In this document: positions 39,879 to 50,356 of the stretch, piece after piece | Numbering within the stretch: the stretch's first letter is position 1 | Layout of the letters: the number at the start of each line of letters is the position of its first letter | Assembly: GCA_963835575.1 (NCBI GenBank) | Contig: CAWIGG010000005.1 | Span: 352,001 to 416,000, forward strand | DNA length: 64,000 nt | Direction of reading: 5' to 3' | Source of the DNA: an uncultured Spirochaetota bacterium | GTDB taxonomy: Bacteria; Spirochaetota; Brevinematia; Brevinematales; JAOACQ01 | The notes under the pieces: generated by a model | What the model was told of the DNA's origin: nothing | What the model saw: only the letters and a program-made list of their open reading frames with translations | Databases searched by the model: none | Made by a program: the position numbers and the translations under genes

Positions 39879-41369
39879 GGCCGGCATGAAAAAACTCCTT
39901 CTTCTTGAGGCTTACACAGGCGCTTCCGGCGAAAAGGGCGCAGACTGGACCCGGCAGAAAAACAGCGGAGGGTTTATCGTGCTCAAGACAACCCGGGAAT
40001 TATACGAAGGCGAGGGCTTCACAATACTTGCACGGTGGCCGAAAGGCATTATCAGCCGGCCTTCAGGAATGGAATACTGAAAAGAGCTGGCATACGACAA
40101 CAGCGCCCTTTTCAGCATTCTGGCAGGAACAATTGTTGTTTTCATATTTTATCTGCTGGTCTGGCTCGCTGTCGGCATCGACCCCAGGAAGGGGCATATT
40201 ATGCCGCTTTATGAAGCGCCGGACGGTTTGTCGCCGGCGGCGATCCGGTTTATCGAGAAGATGGGTTATGACAATAAATGTTTTGCCAGCGCCATTGTCA
40301 ATCTGGCCGTGAAGGGCTTTATTAAAATTGAAGAGGATGAGCTTTCCGCCGTCACGCTCAAAAAAGTCCCGGACGCGAAAGGGGAGCTTAAACCGGAGGA
40401 AAATCAGATCCTCAAGCGGCTCTTCGGCGGGAAAAAAGAAATGTCTCTCACCCGTTCTTTCTACAGTGAAATAAAGGACGCCCAGTCATCATTCCATACA
40501 TCGCTCCGGCTGAACTACGAAAAGCAGAATTTCAGGACAAACAGTTTTTATCTGATCCCGGGAGTAATCCTGACGCTGGCTGCTGTCGCTTCATGTATTA
40601 CCTTCGGTTTGATGAGCGGGACCATCAACTTTGTCGCCGTATTTCTCGCCGTCTGGCTGACAATCTGGACATTCGGCGTCGTTACCCTGCTCTCAACTGT
40701 TTTCAGCAGCTGGAAAGCCGTTCTGGCCCCGTCAAAAAGAGCATCAAAAATCGTGAGCGCGGCATCCGCCCTGTTTATAACAGTTTTCGCCCTTCCCTTC
40801 ATCGCAGCGGAAATAGCAGCTTCGGTATTTTTTGTCATTTACGGTTCCATCTGGCTTTTGGCCGGAATACTGGTCCTTGTCCTTCTGAATTTTGTGTTTT
40901 ATCATCTGTTAAAAGCCCCGACGCTGGGCGGGCGGAAACTGATGGACAAAATAGAAGGATTTAAGAATTTTCTGCGGATCACGGAAAAGTATTCGCAGAA
41001 TTACATCAACCCGCCGGATAAAAGCCCGAAAGTTTATGAGAAATTCCTGCCCTTCGCGATGGCCCTTGACACGGAAAAGACATGGGGCGCTTTCTTTGCC
41101 GGAGTTCTTGCCGGAGCGGCCGCGGGAACGGCGGCTTACTCGCCGTCCTGGTATCACGGCGGCGGCTGGACTCATTTCAATGCCTCAGATTTTTCATCAA
41201 GCCTCGGCAGTTCCATAGCCGGCGCGATCTCATCCGCCACGGCACCTTCCAGCTCCTCACCGGGCGGAAGCGGCGGAGGCTCGTCGGGAGGCGGCGGAGG
41301 TTCCGGAGGCGGAGGCGGGTGGTAGAAGTGAGGGCAGCACAGCTGCGCTGCGCTGCACACTGCAAGAAT

Positions 41370-41757
41370 GTCCGCCCGGCGGAGGGTAGTCGGCCGGAAT
41401 TGTTTTTTTAAATTTTTGCTCGAGACTTTATATAGAGCTTCTTTATATATAACACATACCGCTTTTTGCTCCAGCGGCTTAGGCTGCAGCCATTCGCGGC
41501 CGCATGCGGGTAACTCGCCTGCCTCTTGTAAGCATTTTCAAGAAAATTCTTTATTGTGTCCGCCTTGATTCCTGATATACCGAAAAGAGGCGGGCTCGAA
41601 CATTACCCGCGTTCAAGCCGGCCGCTTATGGGCAGCCCTACGCCGCTTCCGCAAGACGCGGCGAAAATTCTTATCAGAGGCTTTTATATATTGATTGGTT
41701 AAGCAAAAATTTAAAAAAATCAATCCCGGCCTTAACAGGGAGAAACCGCCGGGGGAC
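41370..41757. repeat. Long hairpin element, family H1
   Basis: Colinear with 7000-7378; flanked by a gcacagctgcgctgcgc REP-like palindrome. Confidence 0.85.
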
Positions 41758-41788
41758 GAAAATGAAGAGAAAATAAAATAATAAATTT

Positions 41789-42435
41789 TTAATTAATATT
41801 TCTCAAAGGAACGTCTTTATACAATTCCCTGTCGCCTTCCGTGATCAGCGGTATAACCATTGACGGGTCCTTTTTTGAATAGATAATGTCGATATCTTGA
41901 TATTTATGGACCTTCTTATAATCCTCTTCATAAAGGCTTTTTGTGATTTTAATGTGTTTTCCCTTGACAGAATATTCCAGAACAACATTATATATCCCGT
42001 GATTACCCATGGTTTTTATTGAAAAAACTTCCAATGAATAACGATCCAGTACCATCGCGCGCGTGCGGGCGCCGTCTTTCTTCAGCAGGCCGATCTCATT
42101 AAACGTGAAATGCATATAAAATACGAACGGCATAATGAATCCCGGTATGATCATAAAAGGAGCAGCTTTCTCATTTAATGTCTCCTCTTTTGGAGCGGCT
42201 CTATTAAAATGACGGAAGGACTTAAAATCGCCCGTCAACTGGATCAGGAAAAAGAGACAAGAGCCGCGCCGATGAGCGAAATGACAAACGGGGCAATTTT
42301 GTAGACATGGGGAGGTATGACAAAATAAAAATAAACCAGGGTAAAGAACAGGCATATTGCCCAGAACAACCTTCTCAGCAAGTTTCCTCCCGATAAATGA
42401 TATTTTATCTACAGCGTATATATTTCCCCTCACCA
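41789..42435 (-). pseudogene. Hypothetical membrane protein, probably frameshifted
   Basis: The C-terminal half is protein-like (TM plus beta domain). The hydrophobic N-terminal helices read better in another frame. Confidence 0.4.
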
Positions 42436-42670
42436 TTTTGTCAGGCTGCACCGGAGAAGCTGACAAAATGGTGAGGGGCTATTATAAAGCTTTTGCTAAA
42501 AAAATCGATTGATTTTTGTTTTAAGCTATCATTATTATAAATTATTTAAAACATTAAATAAATTAACAAAGTATTTTCCGCCAAACATTGACTGCATACT
42601 ATAATCCCATTAAAATTATTTTCAGGCAGATACGAGCAGCTTTTGATTTTAAACCGGGGAGCGTTTTTTT

Positions 42671-43747
42671 ATGGCTTTAATCGAACTGATCAATATTTCA
42701 AAGGATTTCGGAAAACAGAACATCAAGCCGCTGATGGGGACGAAGGAAATAAAACAGGGATTTTCCATAAAAAATCTCAATCTGACGGTGCCTGACGGCA
42801 AAACAATGGTCATTCTCGGCCCGAGCGGCTGCGGAAAAACCACGCTTTTAAAACTCATCGCCGGGCTGGAACAGCCGAATAATGGGACGATTAAATTTAA
42901 CGGCACAGATATGGCCGAAATACAGCCCTCGGAAAGAAAGATAGGCATGGTTTTTCAAAACTACGCACTCTATCCTCATCTGACTTCTGAAAACAATATC
43001 ACATCCTTTTTCTTTTTTAAAAAAAAGACGCCGGAACTGGATGACGAAAAAAAGGCCAAATTCAAAAAAACCAGCGAACTCCTCGGCGTTGAGATGGAAT
43101 ATCTTCTTGATAAAAATCCCGCCCAGTTGTCCGGCGGGGAAAAGCAGAGGGTGGCAATAGGCCGCTGTATTACAAGGGACCCGTCCATATTTCTGCTGGA
43201 CGAGCCTTTCTCAAACCTCGACGCGAAACTCCGCGAAAAATACCGCGTCGAGCTTAAAAAACTGCTGAGGCAGTTCAGCGTCACCACGGTTTATGTGACA
43301 CATGACCAGCAGGAAGCCCTGATACTTGCCGACATACTGACGGTCATGAAAGACGGGGAAATACTGCAGACGGGCACTTATGAGGAGATTTATAATAATC
43401 CCGTAAATCTATTTGCGGCCGAATTTCTTAATCCCAACAGCGAGACAAAAGCGGTCAATATTCTGGACGGCGGAACAATTTCCGAAACGCTGAAGGAAAA
43501 ATTGATAGGCGTCCGGCCGAACGATATTGTACTGCATCATTCTCAAACGGAAAATTCTCTTAAAGGCGTTGTGACGTATATACAGCAGATCCCGATCAGG
43601 AACAGTGCGGTCGTCAGCATCAATACTTGCGGCGGCGAAGTGATGACAGGGGTCCCATTAACTTCCGATTTTAAGGAAAACCGGGAAGTCTGGCTCACTT
43701 TTAAAAAACAACTGTTGTTCGATAAAATCTCGGGGAACAGACTGTAA
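42671..43747 (+). CDS. Sugar ABC transporter ATP-binding protein (MalK-like)
   Basis: GPSGCGKT, FQNYALYPH, LSGGEKQR, LLDEPFSNLD, YVTHDQ. Confidence 0.93.
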   Translation: MALIELINISKDFGKQNIKPLMGTKEIKQGFSIKNLNLTVPDGKTMVILGPSGCGKTTLLKLIAGLEQPNNGTIKFNGTDMAEIQPSERKIGMVFQNYALYPHLTSENNITSFFFFKKKTPELDDEKKAKFKKTSELLGVEMEYLLDKNPAQLSGGEKQRVAIGRCITRDPSIFLLDEPFSNLDAKLREKYRVELKKLLRQFSVTTVYVTHDQQEALILADILTVMKDGEILQTGTYEEIYNNPVNLFAAEFLNPNSETKAVNILDGGTISETLKEKLIGVRPNDIVLHHSQTENSLKGVVTYIQQIPIRNSAVVSINTCGGEVMTGVPLTSDFKENREVWLTFKKQLLFDKISGNRL

Positions 43748-43915
43748 GAAGAGAATAATAATAAAGCCGTATGAATAAAAAATTCCTTTTTCACAAAATC
43801 TGATTTACAATAAATAGAAGATTGTTTTCAAATACTATCGATTATTCTTTTTGTTATTATTGAGCTTCAGAAAGCAATATTATACTTTTTTACTTTACAT
43901 TTGTTACAAGGAGAC

Positions 43916-44037
43916 AGCCGCAGAATGACACGGAATAACACTGAATTTTTATATTATATATAAATATAAGATTCTACTTTAAATTGCTAAAGATATTAAT
44001 GTTTTATTTCTGTGCTCTTCAGTGAAATTCTGTGGCT
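43916..44037. repeat. Gene-less element with 9-nt-period inverted termini
   Basis: agccgcagaatgacacggaataacactgaa ... ttctgtgctcttcagtgaaattctgtggct. Confidence 0.75.
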
Positions 44038-44118
44038 GAATAATTTAGAAGATTAATGTATGATCTTATTAATATTATTTTATTATTTTAAAATCTCTGA
44101 ATAAAAAGGAGAAAACCC

Positions 44119-44655
44119 ATGTTCAACAGAAAAAAGAAACAGTGGTATAATAATAAACCCAATTATAAAAAGAATAATCAGGGTTCGGAACAGAATAGCG
44201 AAGGTATAAATGCGGCTGATAATACCGGACAGAAAACACAGCCTGAAATTGTAAAAGAGGAAGCACAAAGCGCTCCTCCTCAGGCTCAGCCGGCGGCCCC
44301 TCAGCAGGACCAAAAGAGCCCCGCCGCGGCGCAGGTAAAAGCGGCCCCGGCGCCTGAAAACAGCGGGCAGGAAGCGCCCAAGGCCGCCGCAGTCGATGTC
44401 GAATGCACCATCTGCAAAATGCCGATACGGAACCACTATACCGCGGTCCGCCATAAAGAGTCCGGCAGTCTGGTCCATTTTGACTGCGTCCTCAGGGAGC
44501 TGTCAAAGGAAAATTCATCAAAGCTGGGCAAATTCAGAAGGATCTATTATATCGGCGCCGGCAATTTCGCCATTGTCAAGGAATTTTTTGACAAGCGGGG
44601 GCATCTCAAAAGTTACGAGATCATCGAGAAAATTATGTATGAAAATAAAGACTGA
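44119..44655 (+). CDS. Hypothetical protein (low-complexity N-terminus, CxxC...HxxC domain)
   Basis: GGAG RBS; CTIC...HFDC...YIGAGNF; upstream of recO. Confidence 0.75.
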   Translation: MFNRKKKQWYNNKPNYKKNNQGSEQNSEGINAADNTGQKTQPEIVKEEAQSAPPQAQPAAPQQDQKSPAAAQVKAAPAPENSGQEAPKAAAVDVECTICKMPIRNHYTAVRHKESGSLVHFDCVLRELSKENSSKLGKFRRIYYIGAGNFAIVKEFFDKRGHLKSYEIIEKIMYENKD

Positions 44656-44663
44656 ATACTGAT

Positions 44664-45368
44664 ATGGCCTTCCCGAAAGGTAAATTCATTTCTTTTTACG
44701 GAATCCTGATAAAAAAAAATGACTTCGGCGAGGGAAGCACAATCCTGACCGTCCTGGACAGGGAAACCGGCAGGCTGGAAATCGCCTCTTTCGGCTCGAA
44801 TAAGGAAAAAAGCACGCGGAGGGAAGCGCTTATAGTATCGTACCTCATCTCCGGCGTCTGCTATAAAAAAAACGAGGAATCCCTCCCGTCCCTCAAGGAA
44901 GCAAGGCAGGAAGCTTCGTTCGACGCCATCACTTCCGATCTCAATAAGCTTTCCTATCTTTTTCTCATTTTTGAAACGCTTGATATTATTCTGCAGAAGG
45001 AGGAGCCGTTCGGGCTTTTTGGACTTTTCCTGGACACCATCAAAAAAATGAACGGCCAGCCGGAAAGCGAAAAATACTGCTTTTTTTTCATTATCAAACT
45101 GCTGAAAAACGAAGGCCTTCTCCCTTCCTTCATCCGGGCTGAAGAATACCAGTCCCTTCTCGGCGGCAGCGGGAACAACCCTCTCAATCTGGGGAACGGC
45201 GCCATCCGTTTTATCCAGGATATAGAACGGAATGAGTCACCGCTCTTTCTGGAAAATAAAATAATTTCCCCGTCAGTAATTAATAATATGATAGAATTCA
45301 TTTCATTTATGATAGGGCATAATTATAACAGGGAGCTTAATTCGCTTTCTCTCATAAAATCCCATTGA
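44664..45368 (+). CDS. recO: DNA repair protein RecO-like
   Basis: GILIKKNDFGEGSTILTVLDRETGRL OB-fold start; FIIKLLKNEGLLP; ELNSL end. Confidence 0.7.
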   Translation: MAFPKGKFISFYGILIKKNDFGEGSTILTVLDRETGRLEIASFGSNKEKSTRREALIVSYLISGVCYKKNEESLPSLKEARQEASFDAITSDLNKLSYLFLIFETLDIILQKEEPFGLFGLFLDTIKKMNGQPESEKYCFFFIIKLLKNEGLLPSFIRAEEYQSLLGGSGNNPLNLGNGAIRFIQDIERNESPLFLENKIISPSVINNMIEFISFMIGHNYNRELNSLSLIKSH

Positions 45369-45449
45369 ACCGTCTATTGACAAAATTCCCGGCAGGTTTT
45401 AATATTTTTAATAATTCCCGTTTAATACGGATATACAGGGGGACATAAA

Positions 45450-46384
45450 ATGAAAATAATTATAATTGGAATTGCTTGTTTTATCGTTTTCAGCGGCTGC
45501 AGCGGTTATCTGGGACAGGATGAATCGAAAATAAACAGCGGAACGGCAGACCATCTGGCGTTATCCGACGGCAGCGGTTATCTCAGCTCGGACTAATACA
45601 ATGAAATAACGCCGTTTTTATACCGGGACACGGCCAGCGGCAGAGCATGGCTTTTCTTCGCGTCCGACAGGCCCGGCGGCAGCGGCGGGTATGATATTTA
45701 TTACGCCGAAATGGACAGCTCGGGAAAGTTCAGCGCGCCGGTCAGGATGGACACGAATATCAACACGGTCAGCAACGAAACATCTCCTGTCGTTTTTAAA
45801 GGAATTCACACTTTTATTTCATCACCACATAGTTCAACCAATACCTATATTACATTCATCAGCAGTCTCGGCGCTTCTACAAACGTGGTCACATATATTC
45901 TTGACACAGATTTTGGTTATACAAGCACAACATCCTCTTTCAGCACCAATGCCGTCCATCTGGGCCTCAAGAATAAATACCAATACGATCCGGCATTAAT
46001 TTTAGCATCAGGCACAGGTAATTGGGAGGAAATATCCTGGGCTATTCTGAACGGTGACTGGGGAACCGGCGCCGGCCTGGGCATCAGTAATTTATCGGCG
46101 ATATATGGGACTGACGGCTATCACGAAGGAATAACCAACTGGGTTGAAAAATATCTTTTTTGCGTCCGGAAGGGAAGTAAATACCAGCTTTACGCCGGAT
46201 ATACTGATTACCTGGGCGCGAACCAATCCGCTTCCATCAGCGCTTATTCCTCAGGATATAATGATAAAGACCCCTGCATCGACCTGGAAACCTTGAAGGT
46301 CTATTTCGCTTCCGACCGCAATGGTAAAGGAACTTTGATTTGTATAGATATAATGTAAAAACTTTTGATAAAATAAAGCCATAA
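45450..46384 (+). pseudogene. PD40/WD40-like repeat lipoprotein with in-frame TAA (45594-45596) and a probable 3' frameshift
   Basis: Lipobox FSGC; FFASDRPGGSGGYDIY and YFASDRNG repeats; in frame with ORF 45711..46358. Confidence 0.7.
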
Positions 46385-46442
46385 AATCACCTTGAACCTG
46401 TCATAAATAAGTTATTCGAGATGAAAATGAAATTTACAGACC

Positions 46443-47645
46443 TTACTGCAGTACAACCCTGTTCCGTCCCCGTCTTTTCGCGTCATAAAGCGCCAGGTCC
46501 ACGCGCTTGAGTATGTCATGCAGGGTGTCTGAATTAAGAAGCGCGGCGACGCCGAAACTGCATGTGAGATTCCCGACCTTTTGAAAATGATGATCGTCGA
46601 TTTTTTTCCGCATTCTTTCCGCGAATTCCACCGCCCCGCATTTATCCGTGTCGGGAGAAAGGATCATAAATTCCTCGCCGCCCCACCTGGCAAAAAGGTC
46701 GGTGTCGCGGATCATCGGCTTGATGACCGAGACAACCGCCACAAGGACCGCGTCGCCGGTGTCATGGCCGAAGTTATCGTTTATTTTTTTAAAGTGGTCG
46801 ATATCGAACATGATGAGCGACAGGGCGTGCCCGTACCTGGCGACTTTATGAAATTCCTCATGGAGCACCTCGTTGAATTTCTTTCTGTTGAATATTTTTG
46901 TCAATTCATCCGTTACGGAAAGGATTTTCACTGTTTCCAGGGTCCCTTCCAGCCTTCTTGTCAAAAACATATAGATGACTACAAGCAGGGAAGTGATGAT
47001 AAAAGCGATTATGCTTATGCTCAGGGTAAAAGTCGTCGCCTGATAAAATGTTTTTAATATTTCCCTTTCCACAAATTCGATTACGATAACGCCGAGGGGA
47101 TAATTTGATGTTTTATTGTTTTTTGTGATTTTCCATAATATGGGATAGTAATAAACATAAAATCTTCTGCTGCCCCTCTGCACCACATTCAATTTCAGTT
47201 CCTTCAAACCCAGATAGTTCTTCATTTCCCCGCCGGATATTTTTTTCCCGATTTCATTATAATCCAGGCTGCCTATGATCTCGCCCTCGTAAGAGATATT
47301 ATCATCTTTATCTTTATTCCTGATATACTCGATAACATGCGTTTTATAAAGTCCTTCAATCGCCGCGCTCTTTAAATTTTTAATATAATCGTTGATCACC
47401 GCCTTTTTATCCAGGGTAATGGCCTCTATCGAAACGCTGGAAAGGCCGATGGCCGTGGATTTACACATGTCTTCAGTCTTCTGGATGATCGCCTGTCTTT
47501 CACTGTAAAGAAAAAGAGAACTTAATAGAAATAGTATGCTCAGGATCAGAAAAGAAATTATGGGGACAATTTTGTGCCTGACGCCGAAAAGTCTGTTTAT
47601 CAAAAAATCATTGATGAAGGCATTAATTTTACTTTGTTTTTTCAT
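46443..47645 (-). CDS. Membrane-bound diguanylate cyclase
   Basis: Two TMs, DIDHFKKIND.FGH..GD, RWGGEEF. Confidence 0.93.
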   Translation of the reverse strand: MKKQSKINAFINDFLINRLFGVRHKIVPIISFLILSILFLLSSLFLYSERQAIIQKTEDMCKSTAIGLSSVSIEAITLDKKAVINDYIKNLKSAAIEGLYKTHVIEYIRNKDKDDNISYEGEIIGSLDYNEIGKKISGGEMKNYLGLKELKLNVVQRGSRRFYVYYYPILWKITKNNKTSNYPLGVIVIEFVEREILKTFYQATTFTLSISIIAFIITSLLVVIYMFLTRRLEGTLETVKILSVTDELTKIFNRKKFNEVLHEEFHKVARYGHALSLIMFDIDHFKKINDNFGHDTGDAVLVAVVSVIKPMIRDTDLFARWGGEEFMILSPDTDKCGAVEFAERMRKKIDDHHFQKVGNLTCSFGVAALLNSDTLHDILKRVDLALYDAKRRGRNRVVLQ

Positions 47646-47661
47646 TCAGCTTTTATTCTCC

Positions 47662-48774
47662 TTAACGGATATCGTCCCAATCCTTGAACAGAGGCTCATA
47701 ACCTTCCGCCGCTATAACCCCTGCTATTTCCGTGACGCTTCTATGGTCGGCAACCTCGAACTGCGGCGTTGATATTATTTCCTTATCGGGATAATATCCC
47801 CCGACGCTCGTGCTTGATCCGGCCGACATTTTCGTCACACCCAGCGGCAGAATTTGGTCGCGGAAAAGAGCGTTCTCCCTGGTCGACACGGTAATCCCCG
47901 CCCTCGGCAGAAAAAGCCGGAACGCGGTCAGAAATTGAACGAATTTTTTATCATTCAAAAGGTGAAGGGCTTTAAAATGCCCTTCCGCCTCATTCAGCCG
48001 GGGAAGTGAAACGCTCACTTCAGTTTCCGGGTAACTGTCCTGAAGGTATTTCGCGTGCAGGCCGCAGAAGAAGGCTTCTGTTACCGGTTCTCCCAGTCCG
48101 AACAGGGGCCCGATATTGACGGACCGCAGTCCGGCAATCGCCCCTCTTTTCGGGGCTTCCAGCCGGTACTCATAATTCCTTTTAGGACCGGCAAGATGGA
48201 CCCTGCCGTATATTTCCCTGTCATACACTTCCTGATAGATCGTCAGGCCGTCAATCCCCGCGTTTTTTAATTTTTTATAATCCCCGGTTTCCATGGGAAA
48301 CACTTCAATCGATACAGAAGCGAAATATTTTTTCAGGATGCCTGCCGCGTCCATTATATAAGAAAGCGGAGTGACTTCTTTCGCCTCGCCGGTAAGGAAG
48401 AGGACGTGCTTGATGCCCGTCCGCGAAATTTCCAGGGCGTTTTTTCCCACTTCTTCAAGTGAAAGTTTTGCCCGCTGAATTTTATTCTTATGATTAAAGC
48501 CGCAATAGGCGCATTCATTCGAGCAGTAATTCGATATATAAAGCGGAATGTACAGCTGGATCGTTCTGCCGAAATATTGAAGGGTCAGCCGGTGGGATTT
48601 CCTGGCCATTTCTTCCAGACAGGGTAAAGCCGTATCGGAAAGGAGATTCAAAAAATCGAATTCGGAAAGTTTGTCTTTATTAAGGCTTTTCCGTACATCT
48701 TCAACCGTTACTTTGCTGAAATAACCTTTAAAGTCAAAAGATTCCCATTTATTTAAAATCTGTATAAAAGACAT
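47662..48774 (-). CDS. thiH: 2-iminoacetate synthase
   Basis: PLYISNYCSNECAYCGF, YQEVY, SLPRL, STRE, SAGSSTSVGGY, QFEVADHRS. Confidence 0.92.
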   Translation of the reverse strand: MSFIQILNKWESFDFKGYFSKVTVEDVRKSLNKDKLSEFDFLNLLSDTALPCLEEMARKSHRLTLQYFGRTIQLYIPLYISNYCSNECAYCGFNHKNKIQRAKLSLEEVGKNALEISRTGIKHVLFLTGEAKEVTPLSYIMDAAGILKKYFASVSIEVFPMETGDYKKLKNAGIDGLTIYQEVYDREIYGRVHLAGPKRNYEYRLEAPKRGAIAGLRSVNIGPLFGLGEPVTEAFFCGLHAKYLQDSYPETEVSVSLPRLNEAEGHFKALHLLNDKKFVQFLTAFRLFLPRAGITVSTRENALFRDQILPLGVTKMSAGSSTSVGGYYPDKEIISTPQFEVADHRSVTEIAGVIAAEGYEPLFKDWDDIR

Positions 48775-48851
48775 GATTTTCTCCAGTTATATTGTAATTC
48801 CACTTTAAAGCATTTAATGGAACCAATCATGAAAATTCTACAACCAGTCTT

Positions 48852-49005
48852 CCGCCAAGCCACGCGAATACACGCGAATTTCTATATTAGCTAATAATAT
48901 CAATATAACTTATTTTGCTAATACTGTCCATTGCTGATAAAGAAATAAGCCGGGTATAATTTACTATCCGCATTTATTGGGGCGTTTATCAGCGTGCATT
49001 AGCGG
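48852..49005. repeat. Gene-less element with 9-nt-period inverted termini
   Basis: cacgcgaatacacgcgaat ... atcagcgtgcattagcgg. Confidence 0.7.
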
Positions 49006-49033
49006 ATTACCCATAGATCATAACCAGGAAATG

Positions 49034-49870
49034 TCATCCCATCGAGTTATAAATTTTTTTAAGCAGAAGCGTGTCTCCCTCTCCGTTCGGGCTTTCACAG
49101 ACCAGTACTCCGCAGACTTCATAATCCCGCAAGGCCTTCAGGAACTCGCGCGTTTTAAAATCGCTCAAGCGCGTGATCACATGCTTCTGCTCCCCTCTGA
49201 GGGAATACTTTATCCCTGAAAAATGCATGTGCATTTCCTTTAAAGCTTCCTCGCCCAGCTCTTTTTTGATGTATTCGAACACCCCGGCGAATTCCTCATA
49301 GCTGTTGTATCTGCCGGTCCTCGCGTGCAGGTGCGCGAAATCGATGCACGGCTTGATCGGCCCGCCCAGGTCCTTCGAGAGGCTGACGATCTCCTCCAGC
49401 GTGCCGAACTGGGAGATTTTCCCCATCAGTTCCGGCCTGAGAGATACCCGAAGTCCTTCTTTTTCTATTATCGCGGAGATATGCTGTAAATGCTCGCGAA
49501 TGGCGGGATAGACCTCGGCCGGTTTTGTCCCCATGTAATAGGCCGCATGAAAAACAATACTGTACCCGTTAGCGCAGTCCAAAATTCTGGCAGTGTTGAG
49601 GATATGTTCATAGCTTTTATTGACCTTATGTTTTTCCCGGGCGTAGAGATTGATGTAATATGGGGCGTGGGCCGTTAAAACGAGCCCTGATTCTTTCGCT
49701 AATTTTCCGACCTGCCTCATCCTGATATAATCCACTATAACGCCGCGGACATACTCTATTTCCATACCGTCCAGGCCCAGCTCTTTAACGCGATTGAGCC
49801 CGTTTTCCATAGATTTATTGGGTTTTGTCGAAAGGGGAATACCCGGCGTCAGAAAATGAAGTTTATTCAT
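49034..49870 (-). CDS. nfo: Endonuclease IV-like TIM-barrel protein
   Basis: HAPYYINL, FHAAYY, ELMGK, CIDFAH, HMHFSG, CESP. Confidence 0.82.
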   Translation of the reverse strand: MNKLHFLTPGIPLSTKPNKSMENGLNRVKELGLDGMEIEYVRGVIVDYIRMRQVGKLAKESGLVLTAHAPYYINLYAREKHKVNKSYEHILNTARILDCANGYSIVFHAAYYMGTKPAEVYPAIREHLQHISAIIEKEGLRVSLRPELMGKISQFGTLEEIVSLSKDLGGPIKPCIDFAHLHARTGRYNSYEEFAGVFEYIKKELGEEALKEMHMHFSGIKYSLRGEQKHVITRLSDFKTREFLKALRDYEVCGVLVCESPNGEGDTLLLKKIYNSMG

Positions 49871-49873
49871 TGC

Positions 49874-50305
49874 TTAATCCATATTCTTAAATTCCAGAAG
49901 CTCCAGGAAAAAATCCTTGGACGGATAGAAAATATCTTCCGATTCCAGAATACCCTCTTTAGTAAAAAACCGGACATCTTTAATTGACTCGTCAAGCGCT
50001 TTCACTTTAATGTCTTTCAGCTCTTCTTCAGACAATTCAGTCAGAAAGCCGATCTTGACAATATGCCTTGGGTTTTCCATATCGATAAACTCGTCCACAA
50101 AAACCAGCTCTTTCACTTCAGTATTTTCAAGACCCAGCTCTTCCCTCAGTTCGCGCTCTAAGGAAGATGAAAGCTTTTCGCCCTGTTCAACGTGGCCGCC
50201 CGGAAGGACCCAGTATGCCTTTCCTTTCTTTTTATGCAGGGCGATCAACAACTCGTCTGAAGAATTATAAATAACCGCTTCCACGCGTACCTGAATCTTT
50301 CCCAT
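49874..50305 (-). CDS. NUDIX hydrolase
   Basis: PGGHVEQGE.....LERELREELG. Confidence 0.9.
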   Translation of the reverse strand: MGKIQVRVEAVIYNSSDELLIALHKKKGKAYWVLPGGHVEQGEKLSSSLERELREELGLENTEVKELVFVDEFIDMENPRHIVKIGFLTELSEEELKDIKVKALDESIKDVRFFTKEGILESEDIFYPSKDFFLELLEFKNMD

Positions 50306-50320
50306 AATCCAACCTCTAAA

Positions 50321-50351
50321 TGTAGAGACGCACGAATCGTGCGTCTCTACA
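50321..50351. repeat. GTAG-type REP-like palindrome
   Basis: tgtagagacgcacga-a-tcgtgcgtctctaca. Confidence 0.75.
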
Positions 50352-50356
50352 TCTTA

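Larger units (their letters stand above)
37697..41325 (+). pseudogene. DUF2207 membrane protein interrupted by an IS and by an in-frame TGA (40078-40080)
   Basis: Removing 38204-39882 gives in-frame LLLPAGMKK. N-terminal VTEQITV..IIHGI; C-terminal YEKFLPFAMAL and Gly-rich GGGGW. Confidence 0.88.

Noticed and set aside
555..46384. Stop-codon reassignment or readthrough
   Set aside because: The internal stops are of all three types and co-occur with frameshifts. TGA and TAG also terminate normal genes here, and conserved genes have no internal stops.
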